Origin: Prevotella sp.
GTDB taxonomy: Bacteria; Bacteroidota; Bacteroidia; Bacteroidales; Bacteroidaceae
Reading direction: 5' to 3'
DNA: 64,000 nucleotides
Assembly: GCA_013333935.1 (NCBI GenBank)
Contig: JABCNV010000002.1
Coordinates: forward strand, 48,060 to 112,059
Below, one piece after another: positions 18,984 through 28,404 of the stretch. Positions within the stretch are counted from its first letter, which is position 1. The number at the start of each line of letters is the position of its first letter. The notes below the pieces were generated by a model, which worked only from the letters and a program-made list of their open reading frames with translations, had not been told where the DNA came from and searched no databases. The translations under genes and the position numbers were made by a program.

Positions 18984-19595
18984 TTATTCGAACGTTTTAA
19001 AGGCGTAGCCCTGATCCTGTAACCATTGCAGTGATTCGGGAAGAGCCGTTTTAAGCTTGTCGATGCTTTTGAGCGAATCGTGGAAAGTGATAATAGCGCC
19101 GTTGCGTGTATAGCGTTTTACGTTGCGTACCACGTCGTCGGATGTCATCCATTTCGAGTAATCGCGCGTGACAAGGTCCCACATTACAATTTTGTATTTG
19201 TGCTGGAGACACCGGTAAACCGAGTGACGCATCCAGCCATGAGGCGGCCGGAACAGGTGCGATTTTATTAAATCATTGGCCATTGCCGTGTTCATGCCGT
19301 AGGTCATAGTCCAGTGTTTGAAGGCGCCTATATGGTTAAAGGTGTGGTTTCCCACCTGATGGCCCTCCTGAACTATCTGGTTATACAAGTCGTGATAACG
19401 CAAAACGTTCTCGCCTACCATAAAAAAGGTGGCCTTTGCATTGAAGCGACGCAGCGTTTCGAGGATAAAAGGTGTCGACTCGGGTATCGGACCGTCGTCG
19501 AAAGTAAGATATACCGAGTGGTCGTTCTTGTCCATACGCCACAGGGCATGTGGGTAAATCCATCGCAGAAACTTGGCCGGTTGTTCGATAAACAT
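18984..19595 (-). CDS. polysaccharide deacetylase family protein (NodB homology)
   Basis: Carries the LTFDDGP motif and a conserved-histidine region (HQVGNHTFNH). Confidence 0.8.
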   Translation of the reverse strand: MFIEQPAKFLRWIYPHALWRMDKNDHSVYLTFDDGPIPESTPFILETLRRFNAKATFFMVGENVLRYHDLYNQIVQEGHQVGNHTFNHIGAFKHWTMTYGMNTAMANDLIKSHLFRPPHGWMRHSVYRCLQHKYKIVMWDLVTRDYSKWMTSDDVVRNVKRYTRNGAIITFHDSLKSIDKLKTALPESLQWLQDQGYAFKTFE

Positions 19596-19765
19596 GTTGT
19601 GATGTGTGTTAGATAAAAGGCGCCTGTCGCAGACTTTCTTTCCTCGCAGGGATGCTTGTCTTCGGCAGACGCCTTTGAAGTCTTATGTCAGCTGCACCGA
19701 ATTATGATGTTAGTCCGGTGCAGCTGTGCTGTCAGCCCGATAAGGCTATGCTGTTTTCGGCTTTA

Positions 19766-22700
19766 CTATTGCTCTACTTGTCCGCCCATTCCAATGTAAG
19801 TGCGGTAGAAATTATCAAGCTGAGCCTTCTGCCTTGCAGCGAGCTTACGGTCAACCAGGCCTGTAATGGTACGAACCTGGTCCAGTATTGACATCTGAAC
19901 GAGGCAGTCGTGCTGGGCCTGTATGAAGCGAATGCCGGTCAACGACTGATAGTAACGCTCATACTGTGCGGCGTCGTTCCAGATGGCGTTGATGCATTTG
20001 AGCGCCTCTTTCTTCTGTCCAAGCAGGGCGTAGGCCTTGGCAATGTCGGTTCCGCCGCTCATATAGTTCATAGGAACATTGTATACAGGTATCTCCTTTG
20101 CAGCCTTTTGCAGCACCTTCAATGCCTTATCGGCCTTGCCTTCAGCAATGAGATGCAGGGCAAGCTGGCCGAAAAGTCTGCGGTGTGTGTAGCACATCCG
20201 CATCACAGTCTCGTCTATATAGAGGCCCGGACGGCTTAAACCGCCATACTTGTAGCGCGTCATCATGTTGCGATAAGTCTTTTCAGTGTCGAAGTTTTTG
20301 GCGCCTTTCTTGTTCGTTGTGAACGGAGTAATGCGGTTTGCCAGGCCTTCTTGTATGAAGTTGTCGCCGAGATTCATGTAGTTTTCCGGCCCGACAGACA
20401 GCGCTACATATACCGGACGCGTCCAGTTACACTGTGAAATCATCTCCAACATCATCAGATCGCCCTTGTAAAGAGCGTTCTTTCCTGCAAGCGAAATGAC
20501 CATACGGTCGGGTATTGTGTCGCTGGCCATCATCATTCCACTGCGTTTAACGGCCTCCTTGTCGGTGGTGACGTAGAGCGTGTCGGTAGGAATGACGTGC
20601 ATATCTTTGTTCTTTGAGCGAACCCAATACTTCATAATGTTCTTCACTTCAAACGGATTGTCGCCGAACTGTGCACGTGCTGCCGCAGGATTCTGCTTGT
20701 AGAAGTCGAGTATTTGTTGCTTTAACGCAGGGTTTACCTCCACATATTCGTTGGTTCCCGAACAGTAATCGAGACGTGGCCACGAAATAGGCACGGCCGG
20801 AGAATTGTATGCAGGGCGCTTCATCTGGTCGATATACCAGTCGGTTTGCAGGTAACTGAGGTTGCAGACACGTGCATCGGTGCGCACGCCCTCAACGTCC
20901 TGGTTATACCATAACGGGAAAGTGTCGTTGTCTCCATTGGTAAAAATAACGGGCGCTCCTTTGTCCTGGAGTGTCATTAAGTAGTTTTGGCCGAAGTCGC
21001 GACAGGTATATCGTCCTGACCTGTCGTGGTCATCCCACGGCTGGCTCACCATCTGGACGGGCACTAACAGGCATAACAATGCAGCGATTGCGCTTACCAG
21101 GGTTCCGTGAAGCTTAAGGTATTTGTTTATTAAATCGATGACAGCTGCCACGCCTATGCCGCACCAGATGGCGTAAGCATAGAACGAACCCGCGTAGGCA
21201 TAGTCGCGTTCGCGCGGCTGTACGGGCGTCTGGTTCAGGTAAATCACTATGGCAAGTCCGGTCATAAAGAAGAGGAAGGCCACCACCCAGAACTGACGAA
21301 TGCCGCGTTTACCGCGAAAAGCCTGCCAAAACAAGCCGATGAGACCGAGCAACAACGGCATACAGTAGAACACGTTATGTCCTTTGTTGGTCTTCAGTTC
21401 GTCAGGAAGCATATCCTGATTGCCCAGCCGGATGTCGTCAAGTGGCTTGATTCCGGTTATCCAGTTGCCGTGTTCGAGCTCGCCATTGCCTTGAATGTCG
21501 TTCTGCCTTCCGGCAAAATTCCACATAAAATAGCGCCAGTACATGAAGTTGCACTGATAGGAAAGGAAGAACCTGATGTTGTCAATCTGCGATGGCATCT
21601 TCACCGTCATCTGCTCTCCACAGCGGTCATAGGGAACCTCTGTGCCCTCAACGCCACCCATCCACGACTCATAGTCCTGCGTGTGTGCCTGATCGTACAT
21701 GCGAGGGAAGAGCATATTCTGGGCGTATTTGTACTTATTCTTGTGCGAAACAACAAAGTAAGAATCCTTTTCACTCTTTGATTTCTTCTCCTTGCGGCTG
21801 TAAATAGGCGCTCCTTCCGACATTTCGGGCTTGCATATATTGCCATCTGTCTTCAGGGCTACCTGCGAAGTGTAGGCCTGTCCGTACAGCAAGGGCCGGT
21901 CTCCATACTGGTCACGGCTCAGGTAAGTGCCGAGCGTGAAGATATCTTCCGGCGAATTCTGGTCCATCGGAGGGTTGGCAACCGAGCGGATTACGATGAG
22001 CGCGTAGCTCGAATAGCCTATCATCAGCATCAGCATACACAGCAGAGCCGTGTTTTTCAGGCGGGCCGAAACAAGATATTTGGGCCGTTTGTTGACGGTT
22101 CTCTTGTAATTAAGTGCGAAGCCGGCGGCGCCCAGAACGATAATTCCGATAAGAACCGCGCTCCATCCATAGCCGTAGAACGGAATGCCGATAAGGCCAA
22201 AGGCAATGAGGAACGATACGTTCTCGCGCTTTATATTGCTATCAACATAGCTCTCATAGATGGCCCAGAGCACGGCTGCCACAAGAAGGGCGATGTAAAT
22301 AACAAGCCCTGTGTTGAAAGGAAGGCCCAGGGCGTTTACAAACAGCAGCTCAAACCATCCGCCAACAGTCACAATTCCCGGCACAACGCCATAGAGAACG
22401 GCTGCCACTATGGCAAAAGATATCATCAGAGCCACCAGTGAACCCTTGGCTTCGACGTTGGGGAAACGGCGGTAGCAGTAAACCAGAACGATGGCCGGCA
22501 GGCACAGGAGGTTCAGCAGATGGACGCCGATGCTCAGCCCCGTCATGTAAAATATCAGCACTAACCATCGGTCAGAGTGAGGCTCGTCGGCGTGATCTTC
22601 CCACTTTAATATAAGCCAAAACACAATGGCTGTGAAAGCAGAGGAGTAGGCGTACACCTCGCCCTCGACGGCCGAAAACCAGAATGTGTCAGACCACGTA

Positions 22701-23092
22701 TATATAAGTGCGCCCACCATGCCGCTGGCCTCGATGGCAATAAGCTTTGAGGTGGTTAGCTCGCTCCAGTTGTTCAGCACAAGTTTGCGCGTCAGATGCG
22801 TGATTGTCCAGAACAGAAACAGGATGGTGGTGGCCGAAAGCAGCGCGCTCATCGTGTTAACCATGCGGGCAACCATGCTTGGATCGCTTACGAAATGGCT
22901 GAAAAGATTAGCCGTCAGCATAAAGAACGGTGCCCCCGGCGGGTGTCCAATCTGAAGCTTGTAACCTGTATCAATAAACTCCGGGCAGTCCCAGAACGAG
23001 GCTGTAGGCTCAATGGTGGAGCAATAAGTGTAGGCAGCGATGATAAAAGCCACCCATCCCAGCACATTGTCCACTAATCTGTACTGTTTCAT
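19766..23092 (-). CDS. DUF2723 domain membrane protein (GT-C-like putative glycosyltransferase with C-terminal TPR-like region)
   Basis: 1108 aa with many TM helices in the first ~600 aa, then a large soluble C-terminal region. Confidence 0.7.
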   Translation of the reverse strand: MKQYRLVDNVLGWVAFIIAAYTYCSTIEPTASFWDCPEFIDTGYKLQIGHPPGAPFFMLTANLFSHFVSDPSMVARMVNTMSALLSATTILFLFWTITHLTRKLVLNNWSELTTSKLIAIEASGMVGALIYTWSDTFWFSAVEGEVYAYSSAFTAIVFWLILKWEDHADEPHSDRWLVLIFYMTGLSIGVHLLNLLCLPAIVLVYCYRRFPNVEAKGSLVALMISFAIVAAVLYGVVPGIVTVGGWFELLFVNALGLPFNTGLVIYIALLVAAVLWAIYESYVDSNIKRENVSFLIAFGLIGIPFYGYGWSAVLIGIIVLGAAGFALNYKRTVNKRPKYLVSARLKNTALLCMLMLMIGYSSYALIVIRSVANPPMDQNSPEDIFTLGTYLSRDQYGDRPLLYGQAYTSQVALKTDGNICKPEMSEGAPIYSRKEKKSKSEKDSYFVVSHKNKYKYAQNMLFPRMYDQAHTQDYESWMGGVEGTEVPYDRCGEQMTVKMPSQIDNIRFFLSYQCNFMYWRYFMWNFAGRQNDIQGNGELEHGNWITGIKPLDDIRLGNQDMLPDELKTNKGHNVFYCMPLLLGLIGLFWQAFRGKRGIRQFWVVAFLFFMTGLAIVIYLNQTPVQPRERDYAYAGSFYAYAIWCGIGVAAVIDLINKYLKLHGTLVSAIAALLCLLVPVQMVSQPWDDHDRSGRYTCRDFGQNYLMTLQDKGAPVIFTNGDNDTFPLWYNQDVEGVRTDARVCNLSYLQTDWYIDQMKRPAYNSPAVPISWPRLDYCSGTNEYVEVNPALKQQILDFYKQNPAAARAQFGDNPFEVKNIMKYWVRSKNKDMHVIPTDTLYVTTDKEAVKRSGMMMASDTIPDRMVISLAGKNALYKGDLMMLEMISQCNWTRPVYVALSVGPENYMNLGDNFIQEGLANRITPFTTNKKGAKNFDTEKTYRNMMTRYKYGGLSRPGLYIDETVMRMCYTHRRLFGQLALHLIAEGKADKALKVLQKAAKEIPVYNVPMNYMSGGTDIAKAYALLGQKKEALKCINAIWNDAAQYERYYQSLTGIRFIQAQHDCLVQMSILDQVRTITGLVDRKLAARQKAQLDNFYRTYIGMGGQVEQ

Positions 23093-23214
23093 TTATCAGA
23101 ATTAATAATTGTGTTATTGCAATAAACCGCTGCAAAGATAATAAAAAGCCTGTACAGCACCGCCTTTTGCACGGGGTTTTTATATATTTTAGACAATATT
23201 GTGCCAAATATTTT

Positions 23215-23450
23215 TGCCAGCCGGAAGCGCGTGCAGCTGCGGTCCGTGCGGTTTGTGCCGTGCAGGATGGCGCGGGCGGGGCAGGCCCCGGCCGACGTGG
23301 AGGCTGCGCCATTCTTCCCTCCGGTTTGCCCTGTTACGTGCTTCGGTCTGCTTTACGGCGACTGCCGTACATGCGTGCGACGGTTGCCGTGAAACCTGTG
23401 CGTCGGACGTCACACGTGCGTACCACGGCCGCCGTACTTTCGCCCGCAGC
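23215..23450. repeat. GC-rich intergenic repeat family B, copy 1 (GCCGCCGTAC-containing)
   Basis: ctttacggcgactgccgtaca ... ccacggccgccgtact; the local GC is far above the flanks. Only spurious overlapping ORFs occur here. Confidence 0.6.
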
Positions 23451-23482
23451 GCGTTATTGTATAATTTTTTCAGTCTTGGGAA

Positions 23483-23935
23483 TTAAAGAAAAAAGCTTAC
23501 GCCGTAGACCAGCGCAACGTAACGCAATATCTTTCCGATGCTGATGCTGACGAACGAAATGAAGATATTGCTGCGCATCAGCCCCAGGGCTATGGTGATG
23601 GCCGAGCCGATGATGGGCAGAAAGGCGAAGAATCCCATCCACGCGCCGTGTCCGGCCATGAAGCGCTGCGCGCGGTCGAGACTGGTTTTCTTCACGTGCA
23701 GGTAACGCTCTATCCAGTCGAGGCGGCCCATTGTGCCCACCCAGTAGTTGAACATACCGCCTGCAATGTTGCCTGCCGAGCCGTACAGTACGAGCCCTGC
23801 AGGGTGAAGTCCGGCGGCAAGCAGGGCTGTCATGACTGTCTCGCTGCTGAAAGGGATGAAGCTTCCGGCCAGAAATCCTACCAGAAACATGCCCAGATAG
23901 CCGTAGTTCACTAAAATATCATAGAAACCGGCCAT
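23483..23935 (-). CDS. DedA/YqaA family membrane protein
   Basis: 150-aa four-TM protein (LGMFLVGFLAGSFIPFSSE... VGTMGR...). Confidence 0.65.
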   Translation of the reverse strand: MAGFYDILVNYGYLGMFLVGFLAGSFIPFSSETVMTALLAAGLHPAGLVLYGSAGNIAGGMFNYWVGTMGRLDWIERYLHVKKTSLDRAQRFMAGHGAWMGFFAFLPIIGSAITIALGLMRSNIFISFVSISIGKILRYVALVYGVSFFL

Positions 23936-24849
23936 AGGTTATATGCGGTGATGAGCATTGAAATGATGAGGATGAGCAAAAAAAAGAGGTTCGAAAGGCG
24001 CGAGTGGGTCAGCGTGATGAAATGGCCGGTGATCGGTGCCGTGAAAACAATTGTCAGGCTTAGCAGATAGTTGAAGTGTTGCGGTTGCAACATAATGAAC
24101 AGCAGGCAGCAAGCGTCAAGGATGATGAACATTTCGTAGTGCATGCGCGTCTTGATGCGATCCTGATAGCTATAGAACAGGAAATGTACGGATCCGACGA
24201 GGGCAAGCAGGGCGATAAAGGCCAGCGTGACGAGGTGATGACTGTCAGGCAGTGTGCAATGGAAAGGCTTTTCGAACTGTAAAAGTCCGATGAAGTGATC
24301 GCCCAGAGCCTGCAGCGTGCCCGTGTAGGCATAGTAGGCGGCCACAAACCAGTATGGCGCGACAATGCCTAACAGCGATGCTGCCCACGTCTTCGGACTG
24401 AAATCCATGAGGTTGACCGCCATTATCACCCAGAGAATGGGCAGGAAAAACAGAATCTGTACAAAGAAAACACTGGCCGTCCCGAGGGCCAGAAAAGCGT
24501 AAAATACGCGCCCTGTGGCATTCTGTTCCTGATAAGTGCCGAGCAACAACAGCAGAGCGGCAATGGCACAAAGCTGTACAATGTTCGTGGTTATCGACTG
24601 TAAGAGGAACGACGACATCACCGTCATGACGAGAAACGAACACGAAACCATGCGGCTATAGACGCGAATGAGCGAGTTTTCGTTGTTAAGCTCAACCATC
24701 ATCAGGGCCGAAAGGGCAAGCATGGCTAACTGCAGCCACAGGTTTTCGGTAAACATGCCTCCGGCAAGGCAGGCTGCAAGGCAGCAGAGGGCAACGACGG
24801 GCAATGCCCATCTCGATTCGGCTATCTTGTTCTGTAAGCGTTTTGTCAT
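23911..24849 (-). CDS. hypothetical polytopic membrane protein
   Basis: 312 aa with about 9 TM segments. It overlaps the DedA-like gene by 25 bp. Confidence 0.5.
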   Translation of the reverse strand: MTKRLQNKIAESRWALPVVALCCLAACLAGGMFTENLWLQLAMLALSALMMVELNNENSLIRVYSRMVSCSFLVMTVMSSFLLQSITTNIVQLCAIAALLLLLGTYQEQNATGRVFYAFLALGTASVFFVQILFFLPILWVIMAVNLMDFSPKTWAASLLGIVAPYWFVAAYYAYTGTLQALGDHFIGLLQFEKPFHCTLPDSHHLVTLAFIALLALVGSVHFLFYSYQDRIKTRMHYEMFIILDACCLLFIMLQPQHFNYLLSLTIVFTAPITGHFITLTHSRLSNLFFLLILIISMLITAYNLWPVSMIF

Positions 24850-24917
24850 TGTTTATCAGCTGTAGGAGGGAAGAAATAGCCACCTGTCTGCGGACAGATG
24901 GCTATGTAGGGAGGTGA

Positions 24918-26184
24918 TTATAAGTCCTGTCCGATGTCGCGACGGAAGTATTTATCCGTGAACTTTATTTTCTGTGCTGCGTTAAAACTCTTTTGCAGGG
25001 CTTCGGCCTTGTTGCGTCCGTATGATGATACGGCGATGACACGACCGCCGCTTGTCACCACGTTGCCGTCGCGAAAAGCTGTTCCGGCGTGGAACACGAT
25101 GCTGCCGTCTACCTGGTCGAGGCCCGTAATGGGGTAGCCTTTCTTGTAGGCCTGCGGGTAGCCGCCACTCAAGCATGACGCAAACGGCCGAACGGTCGTC
25201 GAATTCTACGTGATATTGGTCGAGGTTTCCGGCTGCAACGCCTTCGAAAAGCTCAACAATGTCGGTCTTTAAACGTAACATGACGGTTTCGGTTTCAGGG
25301 TCGCCCATACGGCAGTTATATTCAATGACGTAAGGATTGCCCTCTACGTTGATGAGCCCGAAGAAGATAAAGCCCTTGTAATCAATGCTTTCTTCGGCCA
25401 GTCCGTTAACTGTTGGGCGGATGATACGGTCGTCAACCTTCTGCATCCACTCCTTATTGGCAAAGGGAACTGGCGATACACTGCCCATGCCTCCGGTGTT
25501 CAGACCGGTGTCATGTTCGCCCATGCGCTTGTAATCCTTGGCTTCGGGCAGTATCTGATAATGCTTGCCGTCGGTCAATACAAAAACCGAACATTCTGTT
25601 CCGCTAAGGAATTCCTCGATAACTACCTTGGTCGAGGCATTGCCAAACATGCCGCCGAGCATCTCTTTCAGCTCTTTTTTCGCCTCGTCGAGGGTAGGAA
25701 GTATGAGCACTCCTTTGCCTGCGGCCAGGCCGTCAGCCTTTAAAACATAAGGCGGCGTGAGCGTTTCGAGGAATTTTAAGCCTTCTTCGACGGTGGCCCC
25801 ATCAAAGGTAGTATAGGCGGCTGTGGGGATGTTGTGACGCTTCATGAAGCCTTTGGCGAAGTCTTTACTGCCTTCAAGGACGGCTCCCGCGGCCGAAGGG
25901 CCGATGACGGGTATCGAAGAGGTGTGGACATCGCGCTTGAACTCGTCGTAAATGCCGTTTACAAGTGGGTCCTCGGGGCCCACAACCACCATGTCGATAT
26001 GGTGCTCAACCGTAAAGTTCTTGAGCGCGGAGAAGTCGTTTACGCCAATATTGACGTTGGTTCCAAGCTGTGACGTACCTGCATTCCCGGGCGCAATGAA
26101 CAGCTTTTCACACTGCTTGCTCTGCGCAATCTTCCATGCAAGGGCATGCTCGCGGCCACCGGAACCTAACAATAAAATTCTCAT
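24918..26184 (-). pseudogene. purD: phosphoribosylamine--glycine ligase (purD) interrupted by a frameshift near 25170-25175
   Basis: The 400-aa ORF matches PurD up to ...[11 protein letters not shown] and then runs into out-of-frame basic junk. The adjacent 84-aa ORF 24918..25172, in another frame, encodes the true PurD C-terminus ([17 protein letters not shown]... [11 protein letters not shown]...). The junction reads ATG CTT G AGT GGC GGC TAC CCG. Confidence 0.8.
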
Positions 26185-26196
26185 AGTTGTGGGTTT

Positions 26197-28404
26197 TTAT
26201 TTAAGATAGTCGAAGAAATAGCGTGAAATGCGCTCATGTAAGTGCGTAGACTGATGGCCCCGCATGTTGTGAGGTTCACCCGGATAGACGAAAAAGTCGG
26301 GCTGTGTGCCGTCATGGATACACTGCTTCAGGAACGAAAACGCGTGCTGTGGAAGCACAACGGGGTCGTTTAAGCCAATAATTATCTGCAAACGGCCTTT
26401 TAAATTCTTGGCCTTTGCTATTAAACTTGTAGACGCATAGCCCTCAGGGTTGTCCTGTGGACGGTCCATATACCGCTCGCCATACATGATTTCGTACCAC
26501 TTCCAGTCAATAACCGGTCCGCCTGCAACGCCTACCTTGAACACGTCGGGGTAAGTAGTCATGAGGTTAATGGTCATAAAGCCTCCGAAGCTCCATCCGT
26601 GAACGCCCAGCTTGTCGGCATCTACGTAAGGCAGACTCTTCAGAAAGGCAACACCTTGCATCTGGTCTTTCATTTCGACGTCGCCCAGATGGCGGAAGGT
26701 TACCTGTTCAAAGTCGCGGCCTCTGTTTTCGCTTCCGCGGTTGTCGAGGATGAAAAGCAGGTACCCATTTTGCGCCATGTAAGTTTCCCAACTGCGGCTT
26801 CCCCAGTGCCATCGGGCGTCAACGTTGTGCGCGTGCGGGCCACCGTAAACGTAAACAATGGCTGGATACTTCTTTGAAGGGTCGAAATTGACGGGCATTA
26901 CCATCCTGTAATAGAGGTCAGTCTGGCCATCAGCCGCCTTGATAGTGCCGCATTTATACTGCGGAACCGTATATCCCTGCCATGGGTTTTCAGCGGTAAA
27001 GTAGCGCGTGCATTTCGCATTTTCGGTGTTTACAATGGCTATATTACGCGGAATATCGGGCGCAGAATAGCTGTCTACCGCAAATTTGCCCGAGCCGCTA
27101 AGCTGTGCAGTGTGCCATCCTTCGCCGTTTTCATCGATACGTGTGCGTATGCCCGTATCGACATTTACCGAGAAAATATTGCGCTGTATGGGGTTACACT
27201 CGTTAGAAAGAATAATAATGGAATGGTTGTCGCGGTTGAATCCTACAACGTTTTCGACAACCCATGGGCCTTTTGTAATCTGTTTGATGAGCTGTCCGTC
27301 CTTACTAAATAGGTACAAATGGTTGTAACCGTCGCGCTGACTTTGCAGAATAAACTTGTCGTTATCCCATGGGAGGAACTGGATGGGGTGCTGAGGTTCA
27401 ACGTATTTTGCGTCGGTTTCGTGGTAAAGCTCGGCTAACCGGTCGCCGGTTTCGGCATTGTAGCTTACCAATCTGCAGTCGTTCTGGTCGCGATTCAGTT
27501 CAAAAAGATAAACGGTTTTTGAATCAGGGCTCCACGCTACGTTCGTAAAATAGCGGTCGGTAGGGTCTCCGGCTTTTAGATAAATGGTTTTATCGGTGAG
27601 CAAATTGTACACGCCAATGGTAACTTTGTGCATGGCTTCGCCTGCCATTGGGTATTTAACAGGAGCCGGTTTGGCCATACGTGTGCCGCTTTCAGGCTTT
27701 TTTGACGGGTCGGGTATGTCAACAAGAGGGTAGTCGGTCACCATACTTTGATCCATTCTGGTAAAGGCAAGCAACGTCCCGTTGGGGCTCCAGAAGGTGC
27801 CTTTCGTATAACCGAATTCGTCACGATGCACACTTTGTCCGTACAGTATGTCACGCGAAGCATCAGCTGACAGCTGATGGTTGTTGCCTTTAGCGTCAAT
27901 GACATGCAACTGATAATCGTCAGGATTGACGTATGCTGTAGCTTTTGTTGTGGCATTCCAATCGGAATGGGAGAACCCTTTCGTCGTCTGCGTCCATACA
28001 ATCTTGTGTGTTTTAAAGTTGAGAAGCTGACGGATGTTTGCGTATTCAACCATCACGATGGGCTTGTCAGCATAGGGGAATGAGGCGTCAGCGAGTGTCA
28101 GAAGTCGGTTTCCCTGTGTGTTGGCAGCCCATTTATTGAATTGTTCGACGGTGAAAAGCGTTTTTTCTTTGCCCGTTGACTTGTCAACGATGCTGCATTT
28201 ATCCACATCAAGATGCACCAAATTGTCGTCCCACCAGGTTATCCACCTGTTTTTGGGAACCATATTATGGTAGTTTATCCCGCCGAAATTGAGGTCTTCG
28301 AGGGTAAACTGTTTCAGATTTTGGGCGCTTGCTGTCTGCATGGATTGCGAGCCTGTGAGGCAGACTACGGCTACTATGGCCATAGCCATGAGTTTAATCT
28401 TCAT
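26197..28404 (-). CDS. S9B family dipeptidyl-peptidase IV
   Basis: Trimmed to the ATG at 28404 (MKIKLMAMAIVAVVCLTG signal). Beta-propeller followed by an alpha/beta hydrolase with GWSFGGFMT, and Asp and His in their expected positions. Confidence 0.85.
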   Translation of the reverse strand: MKIKLMAMAIVAVVCLTGSQSMQTASAQNLKQFTLEDLNFGGINYHNMVPKNRWITWWDDNLVHLDVDKCSIVDKSTGKEKTLFTVEQFNKWAANTQGNRLLTLADASFPYADKPIVMVEYANIRQLLNFKTHKIVWTQTTKGFSHSDWNATTKATAYVNPDDYQLHVIDAKGNNHQLSADASRDILYGQSVHRDEFGYTKGTFWSPNGTLLAFTRMDQSMVTDYPLVDIPDPSKKPESGTRMAKPAPVKYPMAGEAMHKVTIGVYNLLTDKTIYLKAGDPTDRYFTNVAWSPDSKTVYLFELNRDQNDCRLVSYNAETGDRLAELYHETDAKYVEPQHPIQFLPWDNDKFILQSQRDGYNHLYLFSKDGQLIKQITKGPWVVENVVGFNRDNHSIIILSNECNPIQRNIFSVNVDTGIRTRIDENGEGWHTAQLSGSGKFAVDSYSAPDIPRNIAIVNTENAKCTRYFTAENPWQGYTVPQYKCGTIKAADGQTDLYYRMVMPVNFDPSKKYPAIVYVYGGPHAHNVDARWHWGSRSWETYMAQNGYLLFILDNRGSENRGRDFEQVTFRHLGDVEMKDQMQGVAFLKSLPYVDADKLGVHGWSFGGFMTINLMTTYPDVFKVGVAGGPVIDWKWYEIMYGERYMDRPQDNPEGYASTSLIAKAKNLKGRLQIIIGLNDPVVLPQHAFSFLKQCIHDGTQPDFFVYPGEPHNMRGHQSTHLHERISRYFFDYLK

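Noticed and set aside
19685-19891. 68-aa ORF between the deacetylase and DUF2723 genes
   Set aside because: It overlaps the 3' end of the DUF2723 gene and has no signal of being a real gene.
23010-23544. Four overlapping ~100-aa ORFs on both strands
   Set aside because: They lie entirely within the GC-rich family-B repeat, with Arg/Ala/Pro-rich nonsense products.
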